NCBI GenBank assembly: GCA_002189035.1
Contig: NEEC01000013.1
Span: forward strand, 1,240,001 to 1,304,000
Length of the DNA: 64,000 nucleotides
Reading direction: 5' to 3'
Source of the DNA: Utricularia gibba
Lineage: Eukaryota; Plantae; Magnoliophyta
In this document: piece after piece, positions 52,455-64,000 of the stretch
Layout of the letters: every line of letters starts with the position of its first letter
Position numbering within the stretch: position 1 is the stretch's first letter
Program-made: the position numbers and the translations under genes
Notes under the pieces: model-generated
The model's input: the letters and a program-made list of their open reading frames with translations, nothing else
Told to the model about the DNA's origin: nothing
The model's database searches: none

Positions 52455-53876
52455 TCACAAGAAACTCGAAGTTCCTGCGTGATCATGGTGCAACAGCTTC
52501 TGTGCAATTTGATCTCTTGTTCTCATGGCGATCACAGATCTCACGGGGTTCTCTTCAATCATCTCATCATCAACAAAGCTGGCGTTTGTGGTTTCGTAAT
52601 CCAGTTCATCGTTTCTCATCTCGCAGATATTGTGGAGTATGCAGCATGCGCCGATTATCAGCGGCAAGTCCTGAAGTTTCATCTCTGTTCTCTTCTGTAA
52701 GCAGCGCCACCGTGCTTTCATCCGCCAAAATGACTCCTTCGCGATCGCCTGAACCCCTTCGATTTTCTTGTTGTAAGCATGTTGACTCCACGAAAGGCCA
52801 CGGTTGGTGTAGGGAACAAGGAGCCAGTCTCTTAGAGCGTGCCCTGAGTTCCCAACAACCCATGAATCTTTCAAAAGACCTCTACTTGCTCCCTGATAAA
52901 GAGATGATTTTTCGAGAACTTGATCATCGGACAAGGAACCCGGCCAACCGACACTTATGTCGGTGAAAATCCCATTTGGATCAACGACTCCTTGAACTGT
53001 AACCGTGTAAGAAGGCTTGCGGTTTCTCTCTGTGTGGCGCTTGTTGAAATAGGAATCCACATTACTCTTGGGAGCGATGATGGGAATATGGGTTGTGTGC
53101 ATTGCTCCTGAAACATTTGGGATACCTGAAATGGACTCAAACTTCCTCGTCACCTCCAACATTTTCTCTTCATCAGGCCATTTTAAGAACTTGGGCATCA
53201 GAATTGTTCTTATAGCTGTTGAAACCTCGAGAACAAGCTTATGACAGGTAGAGATTCCCAATCCAAATCGTTTCGAGACCTCCCGGAGAGCTGACCCCGT
53301 TGCTAATCTCCAAATACAGACGGCCACGCGTTGCCGGACCGGGATAGCTGATCGGAGCATGGTGTCCTTTTTCGTGACTGCAGATTCAAGTTCATTGCAA
53401 ATCATATTGAATGTTGCTTTGCTCATTCCAAATCCCTTTTTGAACTCCGAATCTGGGAAATATGGACTATCAACTTGCTCCCACCACGCTTTCGATCGGT
53501 TTTTCACCCACACACGCCGCTGCGTGGCTCCTCCGCCACCGCCGGATTCACCGGAGGTTGTTGTCGTAGCATCCTCATCGAATCGGGTCCGTTTCATCGG
53601 CCGCGAGTCGACCAATTCGGTGAAATTACCACTCCCAAACTCGCTCTGCTCTTGCATCTTCTCAATTCCACTCCCCCCATTCAAGCCCAACGAGGGCTCT
53701 TCCTGACTCATCTCCAAATTCCCATCAAACCCCAAGAACGCAGACAAAAACTCCATCACAGACGACGAGTCCTCCTCAAACCCAGAAAAATCCCGCTCTC
53801 TGGCACCAGAAAAAGCAGCGGTGTAGTCGGTCTCCGACCAGTTGAACTCATCAAAAAAGGACGACGAGACTTCCAT
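52455..53876 (-). CDS. Domesticated Harbinger-transposase-derived protein (ALP1/HARBI1-like nuclease fold), intronless, 473 aa
   Basis: RRVWVKNRSKAWWE, AIPVRQRVAVCIWRLATG, WRCLQKRTEMKLQDLP, ACCILHNICE. ATG at 53876. No TIRs were seen. Confidence 0.88.
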   Translation of the reverse strand: MEVSSSFFDEFNWSETDYTAAFSGARERDFSGFEEDSSSVMEFLSAFLGFDGNLEMSQEEPSLGLNGGSGIEKMQEQSEFGSGNFTELVDSRPMKRTRFDEDATTTTSGESGGGGGATQRRVWVKNRSKAWWEQVDSPYFPDSEFKKGFGMSKATFNMICNELESAVTKKDTMLRSAIPVRQRVAVCIWRLATGSALREVSKRFGLGISTCHKLVLEVSTAIRTILMPKFLKWPDEEKMLEVTRKFESISGIPNVSGAMHTTHIPIIAPKSNVDSYFNKRHTERNRKPSYTVTVQGVVDPNGIFTDISVGWPGSLSDDQVLEKSSLYQGASRGLLKDSWVVGNSGHALRDWLLVPYTNRGLSWSQHAYNKKIEGVQAIAKESFWRMKARWRCLQKRTEMKLQDLPLIIGACCILHNICEMRNDELDYETTNASFVDDEMIEENPVRSVIAMRTRDQIAQKLLHHDHAGTSSFL

Positions 53877-53921
53877 GGATTGAACCAACGGGAAGATAAG
53901 AAAAAGGGGCCGAGACCAAGG

Positions 53922-54074
53922 TTTATATAATCCCAGACGAAACCCATTCCAGGAAACGCGTATGACGCTTCCGAGGAAGATGCCCGGAAACTACCGCAGC
54001 CGAAGTAAGTGACGAGATAGCAACCGACGCACGAATTTAAAATTGAATACTATTTTTTTTTTTTTTCAACGCGT
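53922..54074 (-). promoter_or_regulatory. TATA box and two CGCG (CAMTA-type) boxes upstream of the ALP1-like gene
   Basis: TATATAAA on the minus strand at about 53922-53929; ACGCGT at 53956-53961 and 54069-54074. Confidence 0.55.
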
Positions 54075-55412
54075 TGGGCCCCGCCAAGGGAAGATGGCCC
54101 GAAAATGCTCTTTTGGACGTATGTTAATTATGTTAATTGAATTTAATAAAATCTATAAAAATAATTAAATTGATTTTAAGAAAATATTCATTCTCATTAT
54201 TATAAATATTAGTTTATTGTTTGATGAAAATTCCAAACTCCGTTATCTGTTTTACATCTACTAATTTTCAAATAGTTTGAAAACTATATTCTAATTTCGA
54301 GAATTAAAATCAATGGATACGAGTTCGAAAATCATTACCTACAGTCACAAAATGGTAAAGCACCAATACCTTATATAAAATTTCTAAATTTACAATTAAA
54401 ATATTTATATATCAATTTAATTGATTGATAATATCCATCACAATAATATGATTTAAAATATATCATGAAATAATAGGATTTCATTCATTTCTAAATATTA
54501 AGAAAATTATTATATTTGATCAATAATATAATGTAAATGTTTGAAAACTAAGTTACATCCTAATCCTATATGAGTTGAGTTTTCAAAATAGGGAAAACTG
54601 CATGAATAGTTCTCACTGTTTATTAAAATAATATAATTGATTTTTAAAATATTATTGCTTATTCCCATTATTTAGAAATCGAAAAAAATCTATATTTGTT
54701 ATTTTAAAATTAATCCCACCCTTTAGATAAATAGTTGATTAAAATATTTCTTATTGAATTCCACAATAATAAAATTAATCATTCATCATTAACACATTAT
54801 TGAACATTGTATGTAATGCATATCAATGAAATTAGGATAATAATTATGATTTGATTATGTGGATCAATTTAGTTTTTTTGGAAAATAGTTTGAGATATAT
54901 GATGTCAATTTATTTTGAGAACGAATTAAATATACTATTTTCTTTAAATAATAGAAATCGATTATGTTGAGTATTCAAATAAGTAGAACTTATTATTCTA
55001 TTAGAACTACTTAATATAAATTAAGTATAACTAGTTATAATTAAAGAACAAATTATAGGTGTGTAATACTATGATGCACTAATTCCCCAGTTTAATAAAA
55101 ATTTACGTACTCAATACACGAATTCACAAATATATATAAATTAAAGTTATGTTATTCATTAATGTTAATCTTAATATTAGATTTCTTTTTTCAAATATTG
55201 ATTAATATGATATTTAAATATTTACATATTGATTTATTATTTTATTATTAATAATTAAATTTAAATTTTCATATATCAAGTTAATTATTTTTATTATATA
55301 ATTTTTTTTTAAAAAAACTAAATTTTAATAAATAATTTTTACTTTAAATACGCATATATCGTATCCATGTATCCCCAAATCTGTGAACGCACACTTGCAT
55401 CATAGTGTGTAC

Positions 55413-55439
55413 AATAATAATAATAATAATAATAATAAT
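55413..55439. repeat. (AAT)9 microsatellite
   Basis: Direct reading. Confidence 0.9.
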
Positions 55440-55658
55440 ACGATTTTCTTTAAATTAGAAACTATGTAATTGCATCAATTTACAGTGAAACATTTCCAGC
55501 TGTGTTTCTTAAAGAATGAAAAAAAAAAAGACTTCCGGTGTCCGGTAAAGTCAAAGTAACGTGTTTGACTATTGACTATTGACATTTGACAATGAGGATT
55601 TTTCTAACATTCTTCGCGATAACGAAGTTGCAGACAAACGACGCAGTAAAGGTTGCTC

Positions 55659-58600
55659 TTACATGTCTTTTCTCCATTCCTGAATGGCTGAGTGGAGCAC
55701 ACGGTTCGCAATGAGAGTCTTGTGTGGCAGCTTCTGCTTGGTAACCGGTGAAACATCATACATTTGAAGCCACATTCGGATCGCCTCGTGCTCGTAGGTA
55801 AAACCGTCGGCTGCTATGTGGGGATTGTCCATGATTTCCTGCATTTCAGCGTTTCAGTAAATGATGAGCACTGCATGAAATGTAATGGGCTGTTGCTTCC
55901 AGTGATTGTGATTACCCGGAGAATTGGACAGTAGAACTGTAGAGGAGGGTGGCCTGGCTTCCCAGTAGTTGAAGCAAACGAATCGGCGAACCCGGCTAGC
56001 CTTTTGAGGACAGGGAGGACTTCTGATTCAAGGTCCGGCCGGTCTCTGCATCTGAGTTGGCAGCATCTCAAGGCGAGGCGCGCGAGTTCCTCGGCTTCAG
56101 GTAGAGGCCAACCTGCTACTGCTTTGTCAAGCACATTTGGAAAGGTGCCTCTGTTCTTTATGGCATTTTCGAACTGAGCTATAAGGCCATTGGGATGTCG
56201 AGAAGCTAGCAGCTGGAGTGTTATCACACCGAAGGAGTAAAGATCCGATTTGGGTCGAAGAGTTCCGGTTCTGGAATACTCGGGATCCATGTAGCAGAAG
56301 GTGCCTGATATCACGGAGTCCCTGAACTCTGTGATATAGTCAGGAACAACATCAGAGAGGATTTTTGCTAAGCCAACATCTCCGATCTTGGCCTTGAAAT
56401 GTTTATCGAGGAGGATGTTTCCAGGCTTCAGATCACGATGAACGATAGGCTCTTGCTTCGAATGATGCAGAAAGGCTAGCCCACAACCTACCTCAAAAGC
56501 TATCTTGAATCTGAGAGGCCAGGGCAAAGGACCCTTGTCGTTCCTGCGAAGGAGATGATCTTCAAGGCTACCGTTTTCCATAAATTCATACACTAGACCA
56601 CCAATTTCAGGGCAGGCACCCAGAAGAGACAGAATGTAAGGATGGTGCAACTGGCTCAGGACTTCTACCTGCATGGGAATTGCATTGGATAAGTTTCATG
56701 GAACACATTGGATCATGAGAATTCTAAAAATATGACTTCCATATAATCTTTGTGTAAGTTCATGTATGCTTCTCATGGCAAAGCTAGCTACTGTATGCAT
56801 AGAAAAAGCATTTGCTTGGGTTTAAAGGAAAAAGAGAGATTGCCAAGTTCGAACCTCCTTTAGAAACTCATCCTTTTTCTTGGATGCGTCAGAATGAAGC
56901 ACTTTGATAGCTACTGTGGTGCAATCAATGGATCCCTTGTACACTTTACCATACGCCCCTTCGCCAATAATGCTACGCTCAGAAAAGGAATCAGTTGCCT
57001 TCTCTATGTCCTCTCTGGTGTACTTTCTATACCTTTTATCAGAAGAAAACAGCGCTTCAACAATTTTCTTTTTTTCTAGTGATTCAATTTCTGCTTTCAG
57101 TTCAGCCAGATGCCTTTCATTTCTTTCCTTTTCCAGAATTTCTTTTGCTCTTTCGACTTCTTTCTGGGCTTCCACATACTTCTCCCTGGCTTCAGCTGCA
57201 ATTTTCCTGAACATTTCTTCTCTTCTTTGTGCAGCCTGTACTTTTTCTGCTTCTTGGATGCATTCAGAAGAAAGCAAGTCCACCTGTAGGCAGTAGTAAT
57301 GTCTAGTTTCACTCAAATAAAAAATTACTACCAATTCCAGCACCTTACCTTGCTTTGTGCGTGCACTAACTCTTCACAAGCTTGATTATAGAGTTCTTGT
57401 GTACTCGCCAACTCTTGCCGCAGTTGCTCTATTTCAGATACAGTCCCTGACTGCAAATCAGCAAGAACAAAAGCATTCAAGACTAAAAACTTGATAAAGG
57501 CAAGGCCGTCAAGAGCGTTTAACTTACTTGCTCCATGCTTGTTGAAGAGAAAGACTGGGATCCTCTATTTTTTGAGGCTGGAGACGCACTCTTCTTGCAG
57601 TCAGGACTACCTATTTTCTCAGAAGCCTCACTGGAACACATTGGGGAGCTCGGTGCTTGTGCCTGAGGATCTGTATAACCATCACCTGGGATAAACTTAT
57701 CACTGAAAGCAGAGAATGAACCGGAGCCAAGATCTTGTTGATGCCATGACCGAGTGTCATTATCACCATCTGGTAAAGTGGAAACAAATTTACAATGTCA
57801 TCACACTAAATATATCAAGAAATTTAAACATCGCCATACCATTCCTTGTCCCAGGGGAGCTGGATGAGTTCAGTATGAGCTTATTTCCAGAAATCACATA
57901 GACAGTGCAGGTATCTGGCGCATTTTTTAGAACAACTGATGGCACCTCTGAATCCCGTGGCTTCCTGAAAACAAGTTGTCGGTTTGAAATCCGGTTCTAA
58001 ACACAGAAAAACTGGAGCTCCACAAAATCTTGTAACTCTACCTTGAAAAATAGTTAGAAGAGCCAAGAACCAAACTGCTTGTTCTTGAATAAGCCACGTA
58101 CTTTAGCAACACCGATGCAATATCGCATCCTTCCAGTACAACAACTCTAATCTAGACTGGTGAGCATGACATAAGGTCCAGAAATAGGCACAATCATGAA
58201 GCTACAGTGATTCTATTAGTTTCTCCCTTTCAAAATTACATCACCAGAAGAAAGAACTAAAGAGTCCCTAACTGTAAGCGTTAAGTTTCCTACCTTTACT
58301 TTCCTGTACTTATACTTGAAAGCTAAAAGCTTTTCCTCGCACTGTTTCCTGATATCTTGAACATACATTTGGGCCACCTTCGAGTCTATCTCTTTGAATG
58401 AAATAGTACCACCGGCTGTTGATTACCATTAAACATGAATAATCAAACGCCCCAAGATATTAACTATTTGAATCTAACACAACAGATCTTCAAATCAACG
58501 ACTTTCACTCTTCATCTACGAAGTCAACGATGCAGCACCCACGAACACCATCGTTGCGGGAGATTAAGAAATTCAGAAAAAATTAATCTTTGAAAAGAAG

Positions 58601-58788
58601 AGCTCACAGGGAGTAGGAACGGAGACGATCGGAGACATAACATGAACGAGAATCAGACGAGAGGATTCTTTGATCAAATTATCGACAGCCCATCTCACCG
58701 CCCTCTGGGTCCCTCTCCCTTCCGTGCTTTTCACTGCCACCGCGACGTCCACCTTCTCTGTGACCGGAACAACGGCGCCGTCGCTCAT
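55659..58788 (-). CDS. U-box domain-containing protein kinase (USP-like N-terminus, coiled coil, kinase, U-box; PUB34/35-like)
   Basis: VAVAVKS...RAVRWAVDNL, IGEGAYGKVYKG, HRDLKPGNILLD...KIGDVGLAK, GTFCYMDPEY, and U-box YCPIL-EIMDNPHIAADGFTYE. Confidence 0.9.
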
Positions 58789-59069
58789 CTCGCCAGCAAG
58801 AAGAAGGTGGCTGATAGTTGTTTCTCGTTGCAGTGTGGATGCACCTTACTACCAAACAAGTTCCAGTCTTTTTTCTTTTGAAGGAAAATGGATATATTTC
58901 TTTTTATTGTATTTTTTTATTTTAATCCCACGGTAAGATAATTCGCAATAGAGCCGCCGCCGCCGCCATAGCCCAAGATAGCGACGCGCATGCCCTTTCT
59001 GTGGGAGGGAATCCCCACACGGATTTGAAGAGTTGATCAAAACATTCCAATTGTGGGGATTCGCGGTGG

Positions 59070-60771
59070 ATGGGGAATCCGAAGCAAAAATGGACATCCG
59101 AGGAGGAGGAGGCCCTCCGCGCCGGCGTCGCCAAGCACGGCGCTGGAAAGTGGAAGAACATCCAGAAAGACCCCGAGTTCAACCACTTTCTCTTTGCCCG
59201 CTCCAATATTGATCTCAAGGTACAATTTCTTGGCTCCTGGGGAATGAGATTCAAGCGTCAATGATGGGTTTGTAGAGGTTTTTGAACCTTCAGTTTTGTT
59301 TCGAATGTTTCTGTGAAATTCAAGAGATATCAACGTGTATGGATTGGAAACATTGAGGAAAATAATCTGATTTTAAAAAAAAGTAACGTGTATGGATTGA
59401 AGTTCCTGTCAGAAATGAACGATCCCTGGCTGGTCGTGTGCAGGATAAATGGAGGAATTTGAGTGTTGCTAGTGGCCAAGGGCAGAGAGACAAGTCAAAA
59501 GCACATAAGGCAAAGGCCAATGCTGCTGAAGCTCCTGCGATTCCAGCGCCGGCTCCACAGATCTCTACTTCGGTTGCTGCAATGCCACTCAATGCCTCAG
59601 GTGATGCTCTAGCACAAGAAGCACCAAGGTCATTTCCTGAAGGGAATAATACTGCCAAGTAGGTTACGCATTCACTTGCCTAGAGGTTTTTTTTTTCTCA
59701 TTTGTTGTGGCAAGATTCGTAAGTATGAATTAATGCTCTTTTCCTTACTATCTCTCAGATACAATGCAGTTATATACGAGGCACTGACTTCTCTGAACGA
59801 GGAAAATGGTGCTGAATGTAGTGCGATTGCTGCCTTTATTGAGGTTTGTTTTTATCTCAGCCTCCAGTGAAATCATATGTCATGACGGTTCGCATTTGAT
59901 AGTTTTCTAACCGAACATAAAAATGTTCTGGTCTTCTCATGAATAACTGGAGATGTGTTACCTGGGAACAGTCATTGTGTCCTGATAATGGTTTCTATTT
60001 GCGAAGATATTCGACTTCCTCACTTGAGTGAGTGTCATGCTGTGTGATTCTCAATAAGCTAATAAGCATAGCATTCACTTTGATGCTAATTTGCAAAACT
60101 ATTTGATCTGACAAGGCGGGAGGGTAACTCTCTTACGCTATTTGGTTTCTCGTTCAGCAAAAGCAAGAGGTGCCTCCAAATTTCAAAAGACTGTTAAGCT
60201 CTAAACTGAGGAGGCTCGTGCAGCAGAACAAACTCGAAAAGGTCAGTCTTAAGTTTTACTAGTTGAATTCGAGTTTTTTTGGTAGAGTGATTATCTGCAC
60301 TTCAATGACATGATGGACTCTCAAGCATGAGCAAATGCAATGTTGAACTTCAGGTGCAAACTAATAGCTATAGGCTGAAAAGAGATACAGGGAACTCGAG
60401 AAGCATATCTATGGCACCAAGTGAGCCTCTGCCTCAGCAAGTTCCGACTGGATACTCCCTCCAAGCCATAGGAGGCCACAACGAGGAGACAACTGAACAC
60501 GCAGCAATTTCTGCAGCCCACAGAATCGCAGAAGCTGAAAACAAATCCTTCGTGGCAGCAGAGGCCACCAAAGAGGCAGAGAGGGTTTCCCGCATGGCTG
60601 ATGACCAGAACGTGCTCTTTGCATTCTGTATAGAATGTCTAAAACAAAGTAATTTGTCTCAAAATCTCTTATGCATACCCCTTTCTCAATGTTTTCTTGG
60701 TAGATGGCGATCCATATGCAATTTCATCTGCTTTTCCAGGCACCCATGGAGATGTTCTGCTCAGGTTATAA
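59070..60771 (+). CDS. Single-Myb-histone / telomere repeat-binding factor (TRB4/5-like)
   Basis: Telobox Myb MGNPKQKWTSEEEEALRAGVAKHGAGKWKNIQKDPEF...LK-DKWRNL, H1/H5 globular domain (YNAVIYEAL...EVPPNFKRLLSSKLRRL) and a C-terminal coiled coil (AAHRIAEAENKSFVAAEA). Confidence 0.9.
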
Positions 60772-61471
60772 CTGAAAACAGTTGGCTGTGCAGCAGCAGC
60801 ATCAGCAGAAGCAGCTGGTGGGGGAAGACAGCAACGTTTGATGTTTCTGAAATGTGAATCTTCTGAGTGGTGGGTTGTAGATAGCCTCCAAGGGGTGTTG
60901 TCTTCCAATGTTCTTCTGGTGTTCGTTTAGAATATTCTATGATATTAGCGAAATCCCGAAATTATTTTCTTCTTATTATTATTAAAATCAGATTGGGGAT
61001 AGAAGCTACTTTTTAACCCTAACCCGACCCGTTTCCAACATTGCCCGCTACATTTGGTTCTTAGTGAATCAGTTGAAACGTGAGAGCTCTGTTCGGAAAA
61101 GTTACGGTTTTTGTCTTCGAAACGAACTAGAAAGTTTAGGGTTACCGGAATTTCCTACTTTTCTAGCTTCCGAGGAGTAAGGGCGGCGGATTTTTGTTTT
61201 CTAGAACTCCTATCTCAACGCTATTTTGGTTGGCGCGGGTCTTGAAGGTGTTAATCTGTTATTCTTGAACGTGATCTCCGATCTGGACCATATTGTGCTT
61301 CTTCCTTGCTGTTGGTGGCCAGGTTTATGCTTATTCTTCAGGTCGGACTTAAATGCTTCAAAAGAATACACGGCAATCGCTTCAATGCTGTGTATTAGAT
61401 AGCAATTCTTGTATTAAAGTCTCTACGTTGCTGCAAAATTTGTTTTTTTCATGCTGTGTTTAGGCTTTTTT

Positions 61472-62124
61472 ATGATGCTGCGATTTGGGGTTCGAAGGTT
61501 GAGCCGTAACGCCAGTGGAGGATGTGAAATAAGGCCATTTCTACAATACAGCGGTTTCCACTCTGCGAAGGTGCATTTTCTGTAGTCGTTACTATTTTGT
61601 TTCTTTCCTTTGGTTTTTTTTTCTTTCTATTGCTCTGGTTGTTTTCAACCTGCTACTCTGTATTGCTGCAGCTTTCTCTATCTCCAAGAAGCTTCTTTGG
61701 TGTTGAAGATTTTCTCGATGATGAAAACAGCCGCCCATACACATACCAGAAAGGGAAGAAGTCCAAGAATCCAGGGAAACATGTGTCGTTCAAGCAAAGA
61801 ACAGAAGCTTTCATGGAGCCATTTACTCTAGATGTCTTCATCTCGAAGCGTTTTGTCTCTGCTTCAATCACCCACAGAGTAACTTGCAAACAGGTTGCTG
61901 TTGCTGGAACTAACTCTAAGGACATCAAGGCTGTGCTGAAATCCAGATCAGATATACCAGCGTGTTTGGCTGTTGGTCGGTTCTTGGCTGATCGGGCTAG
62001 AGAAGCGGATGTTTATACCGCTGTTTATACTCCGAGGAAAACAGACAAGTTTGAAGGTAAAATTAGAGCGGTTGTCCAGTCCCTTATTGACAATGGTATT
62101 GATGTGAAAATTTATCTTGATTGA
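61472..62124 (+). CDS. Organelle-targeted ribosomal protein uL18-family protein, 2 exons, 183 aa
   Basis: Exon 1 (61472-61570) resembles a transit peptide (MMLRFGVRRLSRN...). Exon 2 starts at 61672 and contains FTLDVFISKRFVSASITHRVTCKQVAVAGTNSKD...FEGKIRAVVQSLIDNGI. Confidence 0.85.
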
Positions 62125-62430
62125 AGGGGGTTTCAGCTCCTTCCTGCTGTAGTTTAAACCTCAGGTAGGGTGGTTGTCATTTGCCTCTATTTTAGAGAAG
62201 ATACAGATAAATGTCTGTGATATTGCCTGGAAAAATATAAGAGAGAGCAGTCACTGAAATTATTTACCCTTTCACGTAATTTGAGTTACAAATACATGTA
62301 AAAATATGAAGAATGTATTCCAAAGAAAAGCAAGCTTATTAGGCACTGGCAGCCCCTGAGTGCTTCCGAGGTTCAGAATGTAAGAATGGAATGAATGATC
62401 TTCTACTTCAGATTTGAAGTTTGTAAGATG

Positions 62431-64000
62431 TCAAGCAGCAGTTGCTGTGTGGTTAACAGCGTCTATGGACTCGGTGGAGACGGGGGTTCTTGGGCTGGGA
62501 AGCCCCATGCCGGCAACATTAGGAGACAGTCGATGCTTGGGGCTCGGCCGGGGCGATGGAATGGGGCCGTAGTTAAAGAAATGCCCGTTGGACACTCGTG
62601 GTGAATAACGAACCTGTTCCAGTGCTCTGAGCTGCAGCTCTGTAGGATATTCACGGACGCATCCGATGCGAGGACCGGCACCGGTGCTCCACTTCCGGGA
62701 CATACGTCTGGTGAAACTAAAGATGGTAGCCTCTTCAGGTTTCAGAGATGGGATTTCCAGTTCACTAGCTGAACCCTTTTCTCCATTGTCATGGATTTCA
62801 GGAGTTGCAGCTCCCTCGACGATGCTGACATCGGCATCACTGATCTCTGGAGTGTCTTCTTGAGCGCTGTATCTCTGATAAGAAGGAAGATTGATCGGAA
62901 AATGCCCATTACTCATACGGTTCCAGTGATTGACTACAACTGGTCATACCTTTACTGAAGTAAGATCAATTGAGTGCTCCTCGAGGAAGATGAGAAACTC
63001 ATTGAAGTTCTCCTCTGTGGGGAGATAATGACCGCTGTATGGCCAAATAGCCTGTTTCAAAAGTTAACAATTTTTCGTCAGTCTTCAAGCCAGTGCAGAC
63101 CGGAAAACTGCAAAAACTCTACCTTTAAAACCCCATCATTGACCATCAGTCTTCCAGCAGCTGTGATGGCACCACCGGCGAGGAAACTGGAGTGCTGGAA
63201 CTGCCCCTTTTTCTTCTGCCCCACGTACAAGTTCCTGGTAGTGCTGAGAACGAATATCCATTTGGTTCCCTCAACGGAGTTCACCAAAGCACCACTTTGC
63301 TTGTACACAAGTTTCCCCTCTTCAATCACAACTTCATATGATTCTCTTTCTTTCTGCCAAAAAAGTGGTCTTGTGTTTAGCGTTACAGTGAATCAGGAGC
63401 TGAAAAGCATACTTGTGAAGACTCACCGGTCCTAAATACTTGATGCATTGTTGCTGCAACTTTGTCCTTGGGCACTCCTCCAGATTCACCTCCTTTCCAT
63501 CACCAATGTCCAACCTACAAATCCAATCAAAAGAGTCAGGATGAGGCACAGAGAAACTATGTATCAGTCAGCAATGGTTATTGTTGTCTAACCAATAAAA
63601 GAAAGGCTGTACGCTTTCGCTGGTAGACCATACATCATAATAGAGATGCAAGTTATGTCCATACCGGTGGCGTGGGTCAATCTGCAGCAGATTGTGTGCA
63701 TATCAGGGTAAAAGCATCCTAAGGTTTTCAGAATAAAGTCATCGCAGAGCAACTTACTGCCTCAAGCCAGTGTCTTAGAGCCAGTTTTTGGGCTTTCTCA
63801 TCCTTGGACAGGCCCTTCCCAACCTGAAAGGTGTTTCATTTTAAGAACTCGCACAGAAGAATGGACAGAAGTATGCTTATGGATCCTGTGCATCAGACCT
63901 TGGCGACCCTTTTTCGGGCTCTGGACCACCTGGAAGCAGCAGTTTCTGGTTTCTCGACATCAAAGAACAATATTGAGCTCATCTTAAGAGCTGCAAAGTC
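62431..64000 (-). CDS. IQM-family (IQ-motif, calmodulin-binding) protein, 3' part; 5' end is outside the window
   Basis: [68 protein letters not shown] and [17 protein letters not shown]. Confidence 0.9.

Noticed and set aside
52455-53876. Active PIF/Harbinger transposon
   Set aside because: No TIRs or TAA/TTA TSDs, no partner Myb/SANT ORF, degenerate DDE residues, and it lies in a host gene context.
61016-61143. Telomere-like motifs (TAACCCTAACCC; TTTAGGGTT) next to the TRB gene
   Set aside because: These are isolated, imperfect telo-box-like words in the uL18 promoter region, not an interstitial telomeric array.

Overview
Gene-dense angiosperm nuclear DNA, eudicot-like, with short introns and very AT-rich spacers. 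The species cannot be determined from the sequence. Left flank: the 3' part of MTI1/mtnA, RPS29, a tandem pair of CCX cation/Ca2+ exchangers, and a type-C (AGG3/DEP1/GS3-like) G-protein gamma gene whose Cys-rich tail contains a 27-bp tandem repeat. Centre (about 11.7-45.3 kb): a three-copy tandem amplification of a block running from the last exon of the G-gamma gene to the last exon of VIP3. Each unit holds a decayed subtilase relic, a full-length SBT1-type subtilase and a tRNA-Gly(TCC) site (intact, deleted, or pseudogenised). One junction is still readable as a 6-bp microhomology joining the orphaned VIP3 and G-gamma 3' ends. The block carries layered Ty1/copia insertions: two elements with both LTRs and 5-bp TSDs, one of them apparently primed by tRNA-Trp; a probable solo LTR; and an older element shared by two units. 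Three of these insertions have non-canonical TG...TA ends. Right flank: VIP3, CFIm25, an NDR kinase, a domesticated Harbinger (ALP1/HARBI1-like) gene, a U-box kinase, a TRB-like single-Myb-histone gene, a uL18-family gene and a partial IQM gene. Several frameshifts (CCX copy 2, SBT copies 1 and 2) are 1-bp losses in homopolymers and may be assembly errors. All alignments and counts were done by eye; family names and Arabidopsis comparisons come from recall, not database searches.
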